From Carcharhinus longimanus (lineage: Eukaryota): a stretch of 64,000 nt of DNA. Shown piece after piece: positions 62,556-64,000 of the stretch. The notes under the pieces were generated by a model that was given only the letters and a program-made list of their open reading frames with translations, searched no databases and had not been told where the DNA came from. Made by a program: the position numbers and the translations under genes. The first letter of the stretch is position 1. Every line of letters starts with the position of its first letter. The stretch spans positions 26,151,947-26,215,946 of the forward strand of contig JASCQW010000122.1 of the NCBI GenBank assembly GCA_030264375.1. Direction: 5' to 3'.

Positions 62556-62929
62556 GGACCGAAGCCTGATGTTGCGATTGTTTCTAGGTTAGGAATGGAT
62601 GTAAATTCATCCATGTGGAAATGCTCAATGTGCTGCTATTGTGGTATGCAAAGAGCTTAACTAGCCGGAAGTCACGTCTAGCAGCAAATTGGATGTGGTG
62701 TATGGGGGAAGGAGGTGGGGCCATGCCAGAAGTGAGCCTGTTTAATGGGTAAGTGGCTGCCATCACTATGGCAACGATTTGTTCATCCACCACATGGAAG
62801 CAGAAACTGGGCAGTGGCAGAGAGTGGTGTCCTTGTGTAACAAATCGGCAGTAGGTCCATAAATATCCACAAAGAGAAAAGGTAGATTAACATCTCTTGT
62901 GTAGATCTTGTCTGTTCTAACAGTAACCA

Positions 62930-63160
62930 AAGCTTACATTTCTGTAACAATTCCCCTAGTTGCCACAGTCCAACTTCTGTCCAGGTCAATCCACCTAGTC
63001 AGCATGTCTTTCAGACCGTGGGAGGAAACCGGAGCAGCTGGAGGAAACCCACGCAGATACTGGGAGAATGTGCAAACTTCACACTGACAGTGACCAAAGC
63101 CAAGAATTGAACCCGGGTCCCTGGCACTGTGGGGCAGCAGTGCTAACCACTGTGCCACCA
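62930..63160 (-). mobile_element. HE1-type V-SINE, tail B (shortened)
   Basis: Reverse head gtgctaaccactgtgccacc, V-domain, and tail remnant agcttacatt...ttcccctagttgccacagtcc. Confidence 0.85.
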
Positions 63161-64000
63161 TGTATCTGCTCATTATTTTTACAGATGCTGATAAAGTTGC
63201 CAGCGTGTTTCCAGAATGTTATGTTTTCATTTTGTACTGAATCTCATCACCCCAGTGCACCTTGGCAACTTGCCACTTAATAATTCTGCCTCATTTCTGC
63301 TGCTAACATGATGAGGTCCATCTCACAGCCTTCCCCTTTATTGATACCTTATGATTCTCTCCTGCTGTTGTGAATTGTTCCTCTTAATGCCCCCCCATCC
63401 TCTTCCATGTTGTGGTTCTGATGATGTGTCAAACCCCACCCATAAAAAAGCTCAAATCCAAATTTCTCTTCTGAATTTCTGAATGCTGAATAAGCTCATC
63501 ATGACTTTAAGTGGCCATTTAAGAAGTCAGGCAGGTTATGTCTTCCAGCTCCCAAAAGCATCTTGCATCTGGAAGCCGACATGCCAACCCCCGGGGTGGG
63601 GGGCTAAGCAAATGCCTTCCCTCAAACCTGCCCTTCAAACAATCCAAAATCCCATCCTGAGCGTTTGCATAAACGTTGTAGTACTTGGTGCAATAGTAAC
63701 CCAAGTTTAGTAATTCAGGGTTCATTTTCAAATGCATAAACCTTACTCAGCTAACATCACTGAATTTGGCTGAGTCTTTTTATTTTAAGAAATGGGGCAC
63801 ATGTACAGAATCTTCTCATTGTTGTAACAGTGGTGATCATTGATAGTTTAGAGCTGGAGTGTTTGTTTCTAATCCCTTTGCTGCAGAAACATGTGTTTGT
63901 ATTTTGCTGAACGGTATGGTAACAGAAGAAATGCATGTTTATTTCCTGTGAATCTTGGATCGCCATTTCTCAAGCCTCTAGTGTTTTCCCACATCCACAG

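Noticed and set aside
63975-64000. Window ends in an acceptor-like ttttcccacatccacAG
   Set aside because: Cannot be evaluated without downstream sequence and may be coincidence.
1-64000. CRISPR arrays, rRNA, prokaryotic operons or viral inserts
   Set aside because: None seen. Composition and repeats are those of a vertebrate intron.

Overview
Eukaryotic, repeat-dense intronic DNA, almost certainly from a shark or ray: it carries HE1/V-SINEs, Deu-domain SINEs, CR1/HER1, L2, Tx1, Penelope, Gypsy and Harbinger-like relics, plus several N gaps. No complete gene is present, and most ORF-track entries are chance ORFs or decayed repeats. The main hidden structure is a set of small + strand AG/GT-bounded exons, all symmetric phase 2-2 and open in one frame (2823-2891, 8646-8762, 19305-19436, 20393-20503, 26893-27024, 29868-29993, 40793-40930). 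Five of them are clear paralogues of each other (S-V-S/P-V-P...EP...Pro-rich...D...KEL), forming a tandemly duplicated, frame-neutral cassette-exon array. Candidate alternative first exons also end in phase 2. The host gene is not identified; TACC2-like is a weak hypothesis. Other notable items are Penelope-derived minimal hammerhead elements (one palindromic) next to the cassette exons, a 37-bp perfect direct repeat bracketing one exon, a tRNA-like head fused to a LINE endonuclease ORF, and nested transposon insertions with visible TSDs.
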